Translations under genes and position numbers: made by a program
The notes under the pieces: generated by a model
Told to the model about the DNA's origin: nothing
Databases searched by the model: none
The model's input: only the letters and a program-made list of their open reading frames with translations
Assembly: GCA_041611735.1 (NCBI GenBank)
Contig: JBFIML010000025.1
Location: forward strand, 1 to 62,909
DNA: 62,909 bases
Source: Myxococcota bacterium
Lineage (GTDB): Bacteria > Myxococcota_A > UBA9160 > PR03
Direction of reading: 5' to 3'
In this document: positions 45,890 through 55,935 of the stretch, piece after piece
Layout of the letters: the number at the start of each line of letters is the position of its first letter
Numbering within the stretch: the stretch's first letter is position 1

Positions 45890-47695
45890 ATGGGGCCCGC
45901 AGCGGACGCGGAAGAGCGGTCGCCCAGCATCCTCGTCGTCGATGACGACGCGGACCTGCGTCGGCTCCTGGTGCGCGCCTTGAGCGGCCCGGGTGCTCGC
46001 CACGTGGAGGAGGCCGCCGGGGTGGAGGAGGCACGCGCCCGGCTCGGCGAGCGCCCCTTCGACGTGGTGGTGACGGATCTCAGCATGCCCGGCGAGGGGG
46101 GTCTCGCCCTGATCGAGTGGGCCGAGCGGCAACGGCTCGGACCCAGCTGGATCGTGCTCACGGGACACGGAACCTTCGACGCCGCCGTGAAGGCGCTCCA
46201 GCTGGGAGCCTTCGACTTCCTCACCAAGCCGCTGCGAGGCGTGGAGAAGCTCCAGAACGCGGTACGCAATGCCCTGGCCCACCAACAGCTCCTGGCCGAG
46301 CGGGAGCGTCTCACGCGAGAGCTCGCCGCGAGCAACGCCCGCCTGCGCGAGCACGTGGAGCAGCTGGAGGAGGCCTGCCAGCTGCTGGAGGAGCAGGCCG
46401 ACACGATTCGCGCAGATCTGGTGCGGGCGGCCTGGATCCAGCAGGCGCTGCTTCCGCGCGCGGCCCCGAAGCTGCCGGGCTGGAGCGTGCAGGCGCTATA
46501 TCGGCCCAGCCGCAACGTGGGGGGCGACCTCTACGACGTGGTGCGCCTGGACGAGCACCGCCTCGTGCTGCTCGTGGCCGACGCCGCGGGTCACGGGGTG
46601 AGCGCGGCCATGCTGGCGGTCCTGTTCCGCAACCGGCTCCCGCTGCTGGACCCGGATGGGCACGACGCACTCCGGCCCGGCGAGGCCCTGCAGGTGGCGA
46701 ACCGGGCCCTCTCGAGCACCCTGGCTGCGCCGGGCCTGTTCCTGACGGCGGCTTGCTGCCTGGTGGATCTGGAGCGCCGCGAGGTGTGCGTGGCGTCGGC
46801 GGGACACCCGCCCATCCTGGTGGTGCGCCGCGAGGGACGCATCGAGCGCCTGCTGCCCACGGGCCCGGCCCTCGGCCTGTACCCGGACGCCGTCTTCGGG
46901 CAGCAGGAGACCGTGCTCGAGAAGGGGGATCGGCTGCTGCTCTACACGGACGGCGTGTACGAGGCCTTCGCGGACGCGGCGGTTCCCGAGGAGCAGATGC
47001 TGGCGGCGGTCCAGCGCGAGCGAGGGCCGGGCGCCGAGCTGCTGCAACGGCTGGCCGGCGAGGCGGAGCCCGGCGCGCTGCCGCCCCGGGACGACGATCT
47101 GACACTTCTGCTCCTCGACACGCTGCCCGGAGCCTCGCACCTGGACAACGCGCTTCCGGAGCCTCTGTCGGCGCCGACCCGAGCCGCCTCCGGCCCGGAA
47201 TTCACCATCCTGGTGGGCCAGGATGCACGCCGCACGACGCTGAGCCTGCGAGGGCGCGCCGGCTGGGCCCGCAGCGCCAGCTTCCACCACGCCTGCCTGT
47301 CCGCCCTGGAGGCGGGGCGGAGCGTGAAGGTCGATCTGACCGGCTGCCGTCACCTGGACAGCACCTTCCTCGGAACCATCCACGAGCTGTGCGACCGGGC
47401 CGAACGGGCGGGCGTGGAGTTCCGCCTGGAGGGGGTGAGCCGGGTGCTCGAGGAGCTCTTCGTCGAGCTCGGCATGCGCCGCGTGCTGGAGCACGTGGTG
47501 CCCTTCCTGCTGCCCCTGCCGTCCGGCATGCGGCCGCTGTCCGACGCGGCGGACCGCGAGCGTTCTCCCGCGGAGCGGATCCTGCACGCCCACGAAGTGC
47601 TGGCGGCCCTGAGCGAACGCAACCGGCGGGAGTTCGACCCCCTGCTGGCTTCGCTGCGCCGCGAGCTGGGTGGACCGTCTTCGTGCTCGACCTGA
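45890..47695 (+). CDS. REC + PP2C/SpoIIE phosphatase + STAS fusion protein
   Basis: VVDDD, TDLSMPG, KP; VGGDLYD, VADAAGHG, SAGHPP, YTDG, DDD.T; STAS DL..C.HLDSTFLG. Confidence 0.9.
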   Translation: MGPAADAEERSPSILVVDDDADLRRLLVRALSGPGARHVEEAAGVEEARARLGERPFDVVVTDLSMPGEGGLALIEWAERQRLGPSWIVLTGHGTFDAAVKALQLGAFDFLTKPLRGVEKLQNAVRNALAHQQLLAERERLTRELAASNARLREHVEQLEEACQLLEEQADTIRADLVRAAWIQQALLPRAAPKLPGWSVQALYRPSRNVGGDLYDVVRLDEHRLVLLVADAAGHGVSAAMLAVLFRNRLPLLDPDGHDALRPGEALQVANRALSSTLAAPGLFLTAACCLVDLERREVCVASAGHPPILVVRREGRIERLLPTGPALGLYPDAVFGQQETVLEKGDRLLLYTDGVYEAFADAAVPEEQMLAAVQRERGPGAELLQRLAGEAEPGALPPRDDDLTLLLLDTLPGASHLDNALPEPLSAPTRAASGPEFTILVGQDARRTTLSLRGRAGWARSASFHHACLSALEAGRSVKVDLTGCRHLDSTFLGTIHELCDRAERAGVEFRLEGVSRVLEELFVELGMRRVLEHVVPFLLPLPSGMRPLSDAADRERSPAERILHAHEVLAALSERNRREFDPLLASLRRELGGPSSCST

Positions 47696-49641
47696 CCCAC
47701 TTCACCTTGCGGGATGCCACCGAACTCGGCGCCGTGCTGCGCCGCCTCGGCAGCGGGGCGGAGAGCATGGAGGAGGTGGCCCACCGCATCGTGCGTCACC
47801 TGCGGGAGGCGCTGCTCGACCCGACCACGGGCGGGCCGGCGTGCCCGCTGGTGCGCTTCTTCAAGACGCACCGCTGCCTGGACCTCGAGCCGGAGCTGCT
47901 CGCCTTCGCCCGGGCCCGGATGGGCGGAGAGTCGCCGAAACCCAGCATGCGCTGCCTCACGCTCCTGGCCACGGCGGGCGCACGCTCGGAGTGGAATGCC
48001 CGGACGGCCTCCGTGGACCACCAGGCCATCCCCCTGGCCAGCAAGGAGATGGTGGCCCAGGCCCCCATGATCTCGAGTCTGCTGCGCCAGCTCGGCGTCG
48101 ACGTGGGCGAGCTGGTGAGTTCGCGCCCCGACCTGCTCGTGGACCCGCAGCCCGTCTCCTTCAACGTGTTCTACGTCCCCGAGGCCCGGGGCAGCGCCGT
48201 CCTCCCCGGGCAAGAGGGCTTCGTCGTGCCCGCCCGCATCCGCTCGGTGCTCGGCTTCGGCGGGTGGCTGCCCGGCGGCGAAATCTTCGTGGTGATTCTC
48301 TTCTCGCGGGTTCCGATCCCCCGCGAGACCGCCGAGCTGTTCCGGACCCAGGCGCTCAACGTGAAGCACGCCGTGCTGCCGTTCGAGGAGCGCGTGTTCG
48401 CACAGGCTCCGCTCCCGGCGGCGCGCTCCGCTGGGGCGGAGCGCCGCAGCCTGTCGGCCCGCATCCAGACCCTGGAGCAGCTGCTCGAGGTGTACGAGCG
48501 CAGCGTCCTCGAGCAGTCGGACCGCCTCTATGCCGAGCAGGAGCAGCTGCGTTTCCAGAGCACCTTGCTCGAGTGCCAGGGCGAAGCGGCCCTCGACGGA
48601 ATCCTGAGCGTCGCCGCCGACGGGACGATCCTGTTCTCGAACCGACGTCTCGCCCGCATGTGGCGCATCCCTGCGCCACGGGTCAAGACGAAGTCCTACG
48701 CGCGGGTGCTGGACGCCATGGCCCGCCAGACCACGGACCCGGACGGGTTCCTGGCGCGCTCGGCGCAGCTCTGGGAGGGAGCCGAAGGACGGGACGAGGT
48801 ACGGCTGCGGGATGGGCGCACCTTCGATCGACACACCGCTCCGATCCGCAGGCCCGACAAGGAGTTCCTGGGACGGGTGTGGCACTTCCGGGACATCACG
48901 AGTTCGAAGGAAGTCGCCCGCCTCAAGGACGAGTTCATCTCGGCCGTGAGCCACGAGCTGCGCACGCCGCTCACCTCGATCCGCGGTGCCCTGGACCTGA
49001 TCGGGGGCGGTGTGGCGGGCGAACTGCCCCCCGACGCGGCCCGTCTCGCCGAGGTGGCTCGCACCAACTGCGAGCGCCTCACGCGGCTGGTCGACGACGT
49101 CCTCGACCTCGAGAAGATCGAGGCCGGCCACATGGACTTTCGGCTGGAGGTCCGCGAGCTGACCCCTCTGGTCGAGCAGGCCCTCGAGTCCATGCGTCCC
49201 TACGGTGACGGCTTCGGCGTCGCCTTCGGTCTGGAGCGCAGCGTCTCGGGCGCCCGGGTCCAGGTGGACGCCGACCGGCTGATGCAGGTGCTCCAGAACC
49301 TGCTCTCGAACGCGGCCCGATTCTCTCCGCGGGACGGCACCGTGCACGTCGGTGTCGAGCGGCGCCGCGCTCACCTGCGCGTCAGCGTCGCCGATGACGG
49401 ACCCGGCATCCCGGTCGAGTTCCAGGACCGGGTCTTCGAGCGCTTCGCCTCGGGCGGCGCCCCGGACGAGCGCCGCAAGGGCGGAACCGGCCTCGGCCTG
49501 GCCATCGCCCGCGCCATCGTGGAGCGGCTGGGCGGCCAGATCGGCTTCCACTCGGCGCCGGGCGTCGGGACCCGCTTCTACTTCGACCTGCCGGAGTGCC
49601 GGCTCGAGCACGAGAACGCGTGGCCATCGCCAAGATCCTGA
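47683..49641 (+). CDS. Cytoplasmic histidine kinase (unnamed GAF-like domain + PAS + HisKA + HATPase)
   Basis: PAS (DGILSV...NRR...MW...RVWHFRDIT), SHELRTPLTSI, NLLSNA, DDGPGI and GTGLGL motifs. Confidence 0.9.
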   Translation: MLDLTHFTLRDATELGAVLRRLGSGAESMEEVAHRIVRHLREALLDPTTGGPACPLVRFFKTHRCLDLEPELLAFARARMGGESPKPSMRCLTLLATAGARSEWNARTASVDHQAIPLASKEMVAQAPMISSLLRQLGVDVGELVSSRPDLLVDPQPVSFNVFYVPEARGSAVLPGQEGFVVPARIRSVLGFGGWLPGGEIFVVILFSRVPIPRETAELFRTQALNVKHAVLPFEERVFAQAPLPAARSAGAERRSLSARIQTLEQLLEVYERSVLEQSDRLYAEQEQLRFQSTLLECQGEAALDGILSVAADGTILFSNRRLARMWRIPAPRVKTKSYARVLDAMARQTTDPDGFLARSAQLWEGAEGRDEVRLRDGRTFDRHTAPIRRPDKEFLGRVWHFRDITSSKEVARLKDEFISAVSHELRTPLTSIRGALDLIGGGVAGELPPDAARLAEVARTNCERLTRLVDDVLDLEKIEAGHMDFRLEVRELTPLVEQALESMRPYGDGFGVAFGLERSVSGARVQVDADRLMQVLQNLLSNAARFSPRDGTVHVGVERRRAHLRVSVADDGPGIPVEFQDRVFERFASGGAPDERRKGGTGLGLAIARAIVERLGGQIGFHSAPGVGTRFYFDLPECRLEHENAWPSPRS

Positions 49642-49997
49642 TCGTCGACGACGAGGAGGATATCCGCCTGGTGGGCGAACTCGCCCTGCGGCGCCTGGCT
49701 GGCTGGGAGGTGATGCTGGCGGCCAACGGGACGGAGGCGCTCGACCGGGCGGCCCGCGAGCAGCCGGACGTGATCCTGCTCGACGTGATGATGCCGGGGA
49801 TGGACGGGCCCGGCGTGCTCACGCGGCTGCGGGAGGAGCCGGCGACCGCCCGCATCCCCGTGATCTTCCTGACCGCCCGGGTCCAGCAGGCGGAGCTCGA
49901 TCGATACCAGACGCTCGGCGCGCGCGGCGTGATCCGCAAACCTTTCGACGCCATGGGTCTGGCCGACGAGGTGCGGCGCATCGTCGGGGACGGCTGA
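49620..49997 (+). CDS. Single-domain response regulator
   Basis: ILIVDDE, LLDVMMPGMDG, FLTA and KPF motifs. Confidence 0.93.
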   Translation: MAIAKILIVDDEEDIRLVGELALRRLAGWEVMLAANGTEALDRAAREQPDVILLDVMMPGMDGPGVLTRLREEPATARIPVIFLTARVQQAELDRYQTLGARGVIRKPFDAMGLADEVRRIVGDG

Positions 49998-50030
49998 ACT
50001 CGCGTGCTAGATTGCGCAGCGGAGGCGGCC

Positions 50031-51773
50031 GTGCTCCCCCGCTCACCCGCGATCCACTCCACCCTGCTGGCCTGCGCCCTGCTCCTGGCGGCGGCCTGCG
50101 AGCGCTCGACGCCCCCGCCCCGGGTCGAGCTGCAAGACTCGGCCCATCCGGCGCTCGTCGCCCATTCCGCCGAGTTCGAGAAGCGCGTCCACCCGGTCAC
50201 CGATGGCGTCCACCAGGCGGTGGGCTTCGGCCTTGCGAACTCGATCCTGGTGGAGGGCGATGCGTGCGCCTTCGTCGTGGACACCCTGGGCAGCATCGAG
50301 GCGGCTCGAGAGGTGCGGGCCGAGTTCGAGAAGATCACACACAAGCCGATCCGCGCCCTGATCTATACGCACAATCACGCGGACCACGTATTCGGCGCCC
50401 GAGGCTTCGCGTCCGACGGCGGACTGGAGATCTACGCTCACGAGACCACCGCCGACTACGTGTACCGGATCGTGAGCCTGATCCGTCCCATCATCACGAC
50501 CCGCAGTGCACGCATGTTCGGGACGCTGCTGCCCACCAGCGGGCCCGACCGGATCGTGAACGCGGGGATCGGGCCGCATCTGGAGATCGGCCCCGGCGGA
50601 GGCACCCTGGGCTGGCTGCCGCCCAACCGGACCTTCCGCGACCGGCTCGAGACCACCCTGTGCGGCGTCCAGGTCGAGCTCGTGCACGCCCCGGGCGAGA
50701 CCAACGACCAGCTCTTCGTGTGGCTTCCCGAGCGGCGCGTCCTCATGCCGGGCGACAACGTGTACAAGGCCTTCCCCAACCTCTACACGATCCGGGGCAC
50801 GCTGTACCGGGACGTGCTGGCCTGGGCGCGTAGCATCGACCTGATGCGGGCGCGGCGCCCGGAGCACCTGGCCCCGAGCCACACCCGGCCCCTGTCGGGG
50901 GCGGAGGCGGTGATGGAGGTGCTGACCGCCTATCGCGACGCGATCCAGTTCGTCCACGACCAGACCCTGCGGGGCATGAACTCCGGCCTGACCCCGGACG
51001 AGCTCGTGGAGGTGGTGCGGCTGCCGCCCCACCTGCGCGACCACCCCTGGCTCCAGGAGCTCTACGGCACGGTCGAGTGGTCGGTGCGCTCGGTCTTCAG
51101 CGGCTACCTGGGCTGGTTCGACGGCGACGCAACCAGGCTCTCCCCCGCCCCGCCGGAGCGGCGCGCTCGGGGCTACGTGGCCCTGGCGGGCGGTCCGGAG
51201 GCGTTGCTGCGAAGCGCACGAGAGGCGCTCGCCGAGCAGCGCTTCGCATGGGCGGCGGAGCTGGCCGGGCACCTGGCCCGCGCGGAGCCGGACCGGGCCG
51301 AGGCGCGGGAGCTCCGGGCGGCGGCCCTGCGCGCCCTCGGCCAGCGGAGCCCGAACCCGAACGGACGCAACTACTACCTGACCCAGGCCCTCGAGCTGGA
51401 GGGGTCCGTGAGCCCCGAGGAGCGTCCCCTCGAAGACTCCGTGCTTCAGCTGGTGGAGGCCGTCCCGATCGCGAATTTCCTGGCCGCCATGACGGTGCGT
51501 CTGGACGCGGAGAAGAGCGCCGACTGGGACCGGGTGGTGGGCTTCCGCTTCCCGGACGTGGACGAGAGCTACACGCTTCACGTCCGCCGCGGCGTAGCCG
51601 ACCTGCAGCCGGGCTTTCCGGAGGCGCCCGACCTGTCCTTCGTGGTGGACGCCTCCGTCTGGCGCGCGATCGCCCTCGGCCGGCGTGGCTTCCCGGCGGC
51701 CCTGGCGGCCGGGGACGTCCGCATCCAGGGCAGCAAGGTCGACGCGGTGCGCTTCCTGCGGCTGTTCCGATAG
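50031..51773 (+). CDS. Alkyl sulfatase (MBL fold + dimerisation + SCP2-like domains), lipoprotein
   Basis: Lipobox [31 protein letters not shown] and YLGWFDG motifs. Confidence 0.92.
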   Translation: MLPRSPAIHSTLLACALLLAAACERSTPPPRVELQDSAHPALVAHSAEFEKRVHPVTDGVHQAVGFGLANSILVEGDACAFVVDTLGSIEAAREVRAEFEKITHKPIRALIYTHNHADHVFGARGFASDGGLEIYAHETTADYVYRIVSLIRPIITTRSARMFGTLLPTSGPDRIVNAGIGPHLEIGPGGGTLGWLPPNRTFRDRLETTLCGVQVELVHAPGETNDQLFVWLPERRVLMPGDNVYKAFPNLYTIRGTLYRDVLAWARSIDLMRARRPEHLAPSHTRPLSGAEAVMEVLTAYRDAIQFVHDQTLRGMNSGLTPDELVEVVRLPPHLRDHPWLQELYGTVEWSVRSVFSGYLGWFDGDATRLSPAPPERRARGYVALAGGPEALLRSAREALAEQRFAWAAELAGHLARAEPDRAEARELRAAALRALGQRSPNPNGRNYYLTQALELEGSVSPEERPLEDSVLQLVEAVPIANFLAAMTVRLDAEKSADWDRVVGFRFPDVDESYTLHVRRGVADLQPGFPEAPDLSFVVDASVWRAIALGRRGFPAALAAGDVRIQGSKVDAVRFLRLFR

Positions 51774-51820
51774 CGGCGCCGCACGTTGACCCGCGGCGCC
51801 AGGCAGCGCACCTTGGCGAG

Positions 51821-54157
51821 GTGGGAGGGGAGCACGGGCGACGCGGCCCCCTTGGGTGGCTCCTGGCCGGGCTGCTGGCAATCGGCGTGCTGTCCTCCGG
51901 CGCGACCTCCGAACCCGGCGGGGTCTACGAGGGCGTCCCGGCGGCGCTGCCCGGTGCGGAGCGCTTTCCGGCCGCGTTGCGCGCCCGCCTCGCCGGGGCC
52001 CTGGCCGCCCGCGGTCCGGAATACGTGCCGCGCACGAAGCACCGCCGCGCGGACGGCGCGCCCCGCTACACGAATCGGCTGATCCTCGAGGCGAGCCCCT
52101 ACCTCCAGCAGCACGCCCACAACCCGGTGGACTGGCGTCCCTGGGGCGACGAAGCCTTCGAGGCCGCGCGCCGACTGCGGCGGCCGGTGCTCGTCAGCAT
52201 CGGCTACGCCACCTGCCACTGGTGCCACGTGATGGAGGAAGAGTCCTTCGACGATCCCGAGGTGGCCGCCCTGCTGAACGCCCACTTCGTGGCCATCAAG
52301 GTGGACCGGGAGGTGCGTCCGGACGTGGACGCCGTCTACATGACGGCCCTCCAGGCCATGGCGGGCCAGGGCGGCTGGCCCCTCAACGTCTGGGTGACGC
52401 CGGAGCGCAAGCCCTTCCATGCCGGCACCTACTTCCCGCCCCGGGACCAGCCCGGACGGCCCGGATTCCCCAGCGTGCTGCGCTCCGTCCACGAGGCGTG
52501 GCAGCGGGAGCCCGAGCGCCTGGGCCGGACGGCGGAACGGCTGACGTCCGCCCTGCGGACCCACCTGCAAGGCGAGGCGACCCAGCTGACCCGGGTGGCG
52601 GACGCCGACCCGCTGCGCGAGGCCCGGGCGGCCCTCCAAGGGGCCTTCGATCCGGTCTGGGGCGGTGTGGGCGATCGACCCAAGTTCCCGGCGCGCCTGC
52701 CGGTGCGCTTCCTGCTGCGCTGGCACCGCCGCACCGGCGACGCGGAATCGCTGCGGATGGCGGTGCTCACGCTGGAGAGGATGGCCGCCGGGGGCATCCA
52801 CGATCAGGTCGGCGGCGGCTTCCACCGCTACGCCACGGATCGACGCTGGCACGTCCCCCACTTCGAGAAGATGCTCTACGACAATGCGCTCCGCGCCATC
52901 GAGTACCTGGAGGCCTGGCAGGTGACGGGCCGCGGGGACTTCGCCGGCGTGGTGCGTCGCACCCTCGACTACCTGGCGCACGAGATGACGGCCCCGGAAG
53001 GCGGCTTCTACTCGGCCACCGACGCGGACAGCCCGGGGCCGGAGGGCCGTTTCGAGGAGGGGCTCTTCTTCACCTGGACCGCCGACGAGGTGCGCGCCGT
53101 GCTCGACGCGCGCACGGCCGCTGCGGCGCTGGCCTACTGGGACGTCGACGAGCCGGGCGAGCTGGAGGGACGCAACGTGCTCTGGACGCCGCTTGCGCTC
53201 GAGCGGGTGGCGACCCGGCTCGAACGCGAGCCCGCCGCCCTGCGGCGCGAGCTCGACGTCGCCCGCGAGCGCCTGCGGCAGGCGCGCAGCCGGCGTCCAC
53301 CGCCCCTGCGGGACGACAAGATCCTCGTGGCGTGGAACGGACTCGCGATCCAGGCCTTCGCTCGGGCCGGCTTTGCACTGAACGAGCCGGCCTGGATCGA
53401 TGCCGCCGCCCGCGCCGCGGACTTCGTGCTGGAGCAGCTGCGCGTGGAGGGCCGCCTGCAGCGAGCCTTCGCGGCCGGGAGGCCGCTGGGGCCGGCCTTC
53501 CTCGAGGACTACGCCTTCCTCGTGGCGGGCCTGCTCGACCTCCACGAGGCCAGGCCCGATCCGCGCTGGCTGCGCGAGGCCCTGGCCCTGCAAACCGTCC
53601 TCGACGGCCATTACGCCGATGCGGCCCAGGGCGGCTACTACCGCACGGCGGACGACCACGAGCGGTTGCTGGCCCGGGAGAAGCCGGTCCACGACGGCGC
53701 CCTCCCCTCCGGCAACGCCGTGGCCGCACGGAATCTGCTGCGTCTGCACGAGCTCACCGGAGAGGACCGCTTCCTGGCCGGGGCGGGCGCCCTGCTGTCC
53801 GCGTTCCATGCGACGTTGGACCGGGAGCCCCTCGCCGCCGCCGAGCTGCTGCTGGCCCTCGAGACCCGGCTCGACACGATCAAGCAGATCGTGCTGGTGC
53901 GGAGCGCCGGCGCGGAGGACCCGCCCGCGCTGCTGGCCCCCCTGCGCAGGTCCTACGCGCCGAACGGGGTGGTGGTGCGCGTCGCCGAGGGGAAGGATCT
54001 CGCCGCCCATGCGGTGCTGATTCCGCTGGTGGCGGGCAAGGTGGCCCGCGACGGACGCGCGACCGCCTACGTGTGCGAGAACCGGGTCTGCCGCAGCCCC
54101 ACCACGGACCCCGAGGTCTTCGCCCGCCAGCTCCGCCACGTGCGGCCGCTCGAGTAG
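51821..54157 (+). CDS. Thioredoxin-domain/six-hairpin protein (YyaL/SPATA20 family) with a signal-like N-terminus
   Basis: [50 protein letters not shown] and [10 protein letters not shown] motifs. Confidence 0.93.
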   Translation: MGGEHGRRGPLGWLLAGLLAIGVLSSGATSEPGGVYEGVPAALPGAERFPAALRARLAGALAARGPEYVPRTKHRRADGAPRYTNRLILEASPYLQQHAHNPVDWRPWGDEAFEAARRLRRPVLVSIGYATCHWCHVMEEESFDDPEVAALLNAHFVAIKVDREVRPDVDAVYMTALQAMAGQGGWPLNVWVTPERKPFHAGTYFPPRDQPGRPGFPSVLRSVHEAWQREPERLGRTAERLTSALRTHLQGEATQLTRVADADPLREARAALQGAFDPVWGGVGDRPKFPARLPVRFLLRWHRRTGDAESLRMAVLTLERMAAGGIHDQVGGGFHRYATDRRWHVPHFEKMLYDNALRAIEYLEAWQVTGRGDFAGVVRRTLDYLAHEMTAPEGGFYSATDADSPGPEGRFEEGLFFTWTADEVRAVLDARTAAAALAYWDVDEPGELEGRNVLWTPLALERVATRLEREPAALRRELDVARERLRQARSRRPPPLRDDKILVAWNGLAIQAFARAGFALNEPAWIDAAARAADFVLEQLRVEGRLQRAFAAGRPLGPAFLEDYAFLVAGLLDLHEARPDPRWLREALALQTVLDGHYADAAQGGYYRTADDHERLLAREKPVHDGALPSGNAVAARNLLRLHELTGEDRFLAGAGALLSAFHATLDREPLAAAELLLALETRLDTIKQIVLVRSAGAEDPPALLAPLRRSYAPNGVVVRVAEGKDLAAHAVLIPLVAGKVARDGRATAYVCENRVCRSPTTDPEVFARQLRHVRPLE

Positions 54158-54164
54158 GCCCTGC

Positions 54165-55814
54165 TCAGCGCACGTCCACCCGGTAGAGGGTCGTGGTGCC
54201 GCTCACTTCGTTCGCCACCACGAGCAGCGGAGCCCCGATCGGGCTCTGGTGGGCCGGCACGAAGATCAGGCCTTCCGGCCCGAGATCCAGCGCCTCCGGA
54301 TTGGCGCTGCCCGGACCCGTGCGGCAGGCACCGCCGGCATCCGCCTTCCAGCAGGCGTCCACTGCGAAGTTGCGGCGGTTCACGTAGCTCCGGAAGCCGA
54401 CGTCCCGCGGGTCGGTCACGTCGTAGACGAGGATCCCGCCCACCCGCTCGAGACCCACGAACGCGTAGGTCCGCCCGGCGATCCGGCCGAGGACGACCCC
54501 CTCGGGCTCCGGACCTCGATCGTCGCTGCGCGAGTCGAAGGAGTCGTTGTCCGCGTGGTCGGCGTTGAAGGCGTCGGGCAGGGCGAACGCCGTGGCGGAC
54601 TCGAAGCCGCTCCCGCTGTCGAAGACCTGCTCGCCTCGCAGGGTCCAGATCGAGAAGGAGCGCGCGCCGAAGGCGAAGAGCCGCTGGAACACGGCTCCGT
54701 CCGCGCTGCCCAGGGCTCGGGTGACCTTCAGGCGTCCCAGATTCTCCGGGTGCTGGAGGGTCTCCGCAGCGGGAAAGACCTGCGGGTCGAGCACCAGGTC
54801 CTGCACGCGGGCCTCTTCGCGGAAGCCCGCGTAGTCGCGTGTATCCCCCTCGTTGGCGGTGACCAGGAGCGTCTCGCCGCGGAAGCGGTAGTTGGCGATG
54901 GCGTCGGGCTGGTACATGCCGTACACGGGCCAGCTCCGGATGCGGATGCCGCCGTCCCGGTCGCTCGGATCGAGGGCGTTGCCCGCCAGGCGGTGATCCT
55001 TGAAGGCGAGGGGCACGATCCGCGTCACCCGGGCCTCGTGCACGTCCACCTCGGCCAGGGCGTTGTTCTCCTGCAGGGTCACCCACGCCCTTCGCGAGTC
55101 GGGGAGCGTCGTCACGAACTCGGGCTCCAGGTCCTGGGACACCGTGGCGCCGGGGCCGAACAGGCGCACCCCGGCAGCCCGCAGCTCGTCGCCTCGGGCG
55201 TCGAAGGCACGGAAGTCGGCCGTGGCCACCCGGGGCCGCTCCACGCCGCCGCGCAGGTCGATGAGGCTCACCGAGCCTTCCGGGTCCACCCGGTAGGCCG
55301 CGTCCGGCTCGCCCTCGTTGGCCACCACCAGCCACCTGCCGTCCGGCGTGAAGGCCACACAATCCGGCAGGGCCCCCACTGGAACCACCGCCCGAAGAAG
55401 CAGGCTTGCGGCCTCGTAGAGCGCGACCACCCCGTCTTCCTGCTTGCGCTCGGCCTCGATGGCCACCGCCACGAGGCCGCGCGCCACCGCCACGCTGTTC
55501 GCGGAGCCGCCCAGCGACCGGGCTTCGAGGGCACCGACCTTCCGCGGTCGCATCGGGTCGCGGACGTCGAGCACGTCGACCCGTACGTCGTTGGCGTTCA
55601 CCACGAACAGGCGCTGCGTCGACGGGTCGTGGGCCGGGATCTCCGCGGCGCCCGCGCCGAAGACCCCCGAGGCGTAGCTGCCGAGGGCCGTGAGCGAGAC
55701 CCGGGCCGGCGCCGGGATGGCCAGGCCGGCGCACGCGGCGCTCCCCGCGGCCGCCGCGAGCAGCAGCCCCGTCCGCGGCGCCTTGCGAAACGTGCCCAAG
55801 TGCCGGATTCCCAC
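54165..55814 (-). CDS. Exported choice-of-anchor I family protein
   Basis: AEIPAHDP, VGALPD, ANEGEP, DLEPEF, LQENNA, YQPDAIA, SDDRGPEPEG, DLGPEG and NEVSGTT motifs. Confidence 0.85.
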   Translation of the reverse strand: MGIRHLGTFRKAPRTGLLLAAAAGSAACAGLAIPAPARVSLTALGSYASGVFGAGAAEIPAHDPSTQRLFVVNANDVRVDVLDVRDPMRPRKVGALEARSLGGSANSVAVARGLVAVAIEAERKQEDGVVALYEAASLLLRAVVPVGALPDCVAFTPDGRWLVVANEGEPDAAYRVDPEGSVSLIDLRGGVERPRVATADFRAFDARGDELRAAGVRLFGPGATVSQDLEPEFVTTLPDSRRAWVTLQENNALAEVDVHEARVTRIVPLAFKDHRLAGNALDPSDRDGGIRIRSWPVYGMYQPDAIANYRFRGETLLVTANEGDTRDYAGFREEARVQDLVLDPQVFPAAETLQHPENLGRLKVTRALGSADGAVFQRLFAFGARSFSIWTLRGEQVFDSGSGFESATAFALPDAFNADHADNDSFDSRSDDRGPEPEGVVLGRIAGRTYAFVGLERVGGILVYDVTDPRDVGFRSYVNRRNFAVDACWKADAGGACRTGPGSANPEALDLGPEGLIFVPAHQSPIGAPLLVVANEVSGTTTLYRVDVR

Positions 55815-55935
55815 GCTGGCGGATTGTAGGCCGGGCGCCAGCCGCGGGGAGCGCCGCGTGCCGCGGCTGGACGTCCGGCCGCCGGAACCCCTAGAGTCTG
55901 GTTCGAGAGGTCCTGCCCTTGCCCCCACGCGCACC

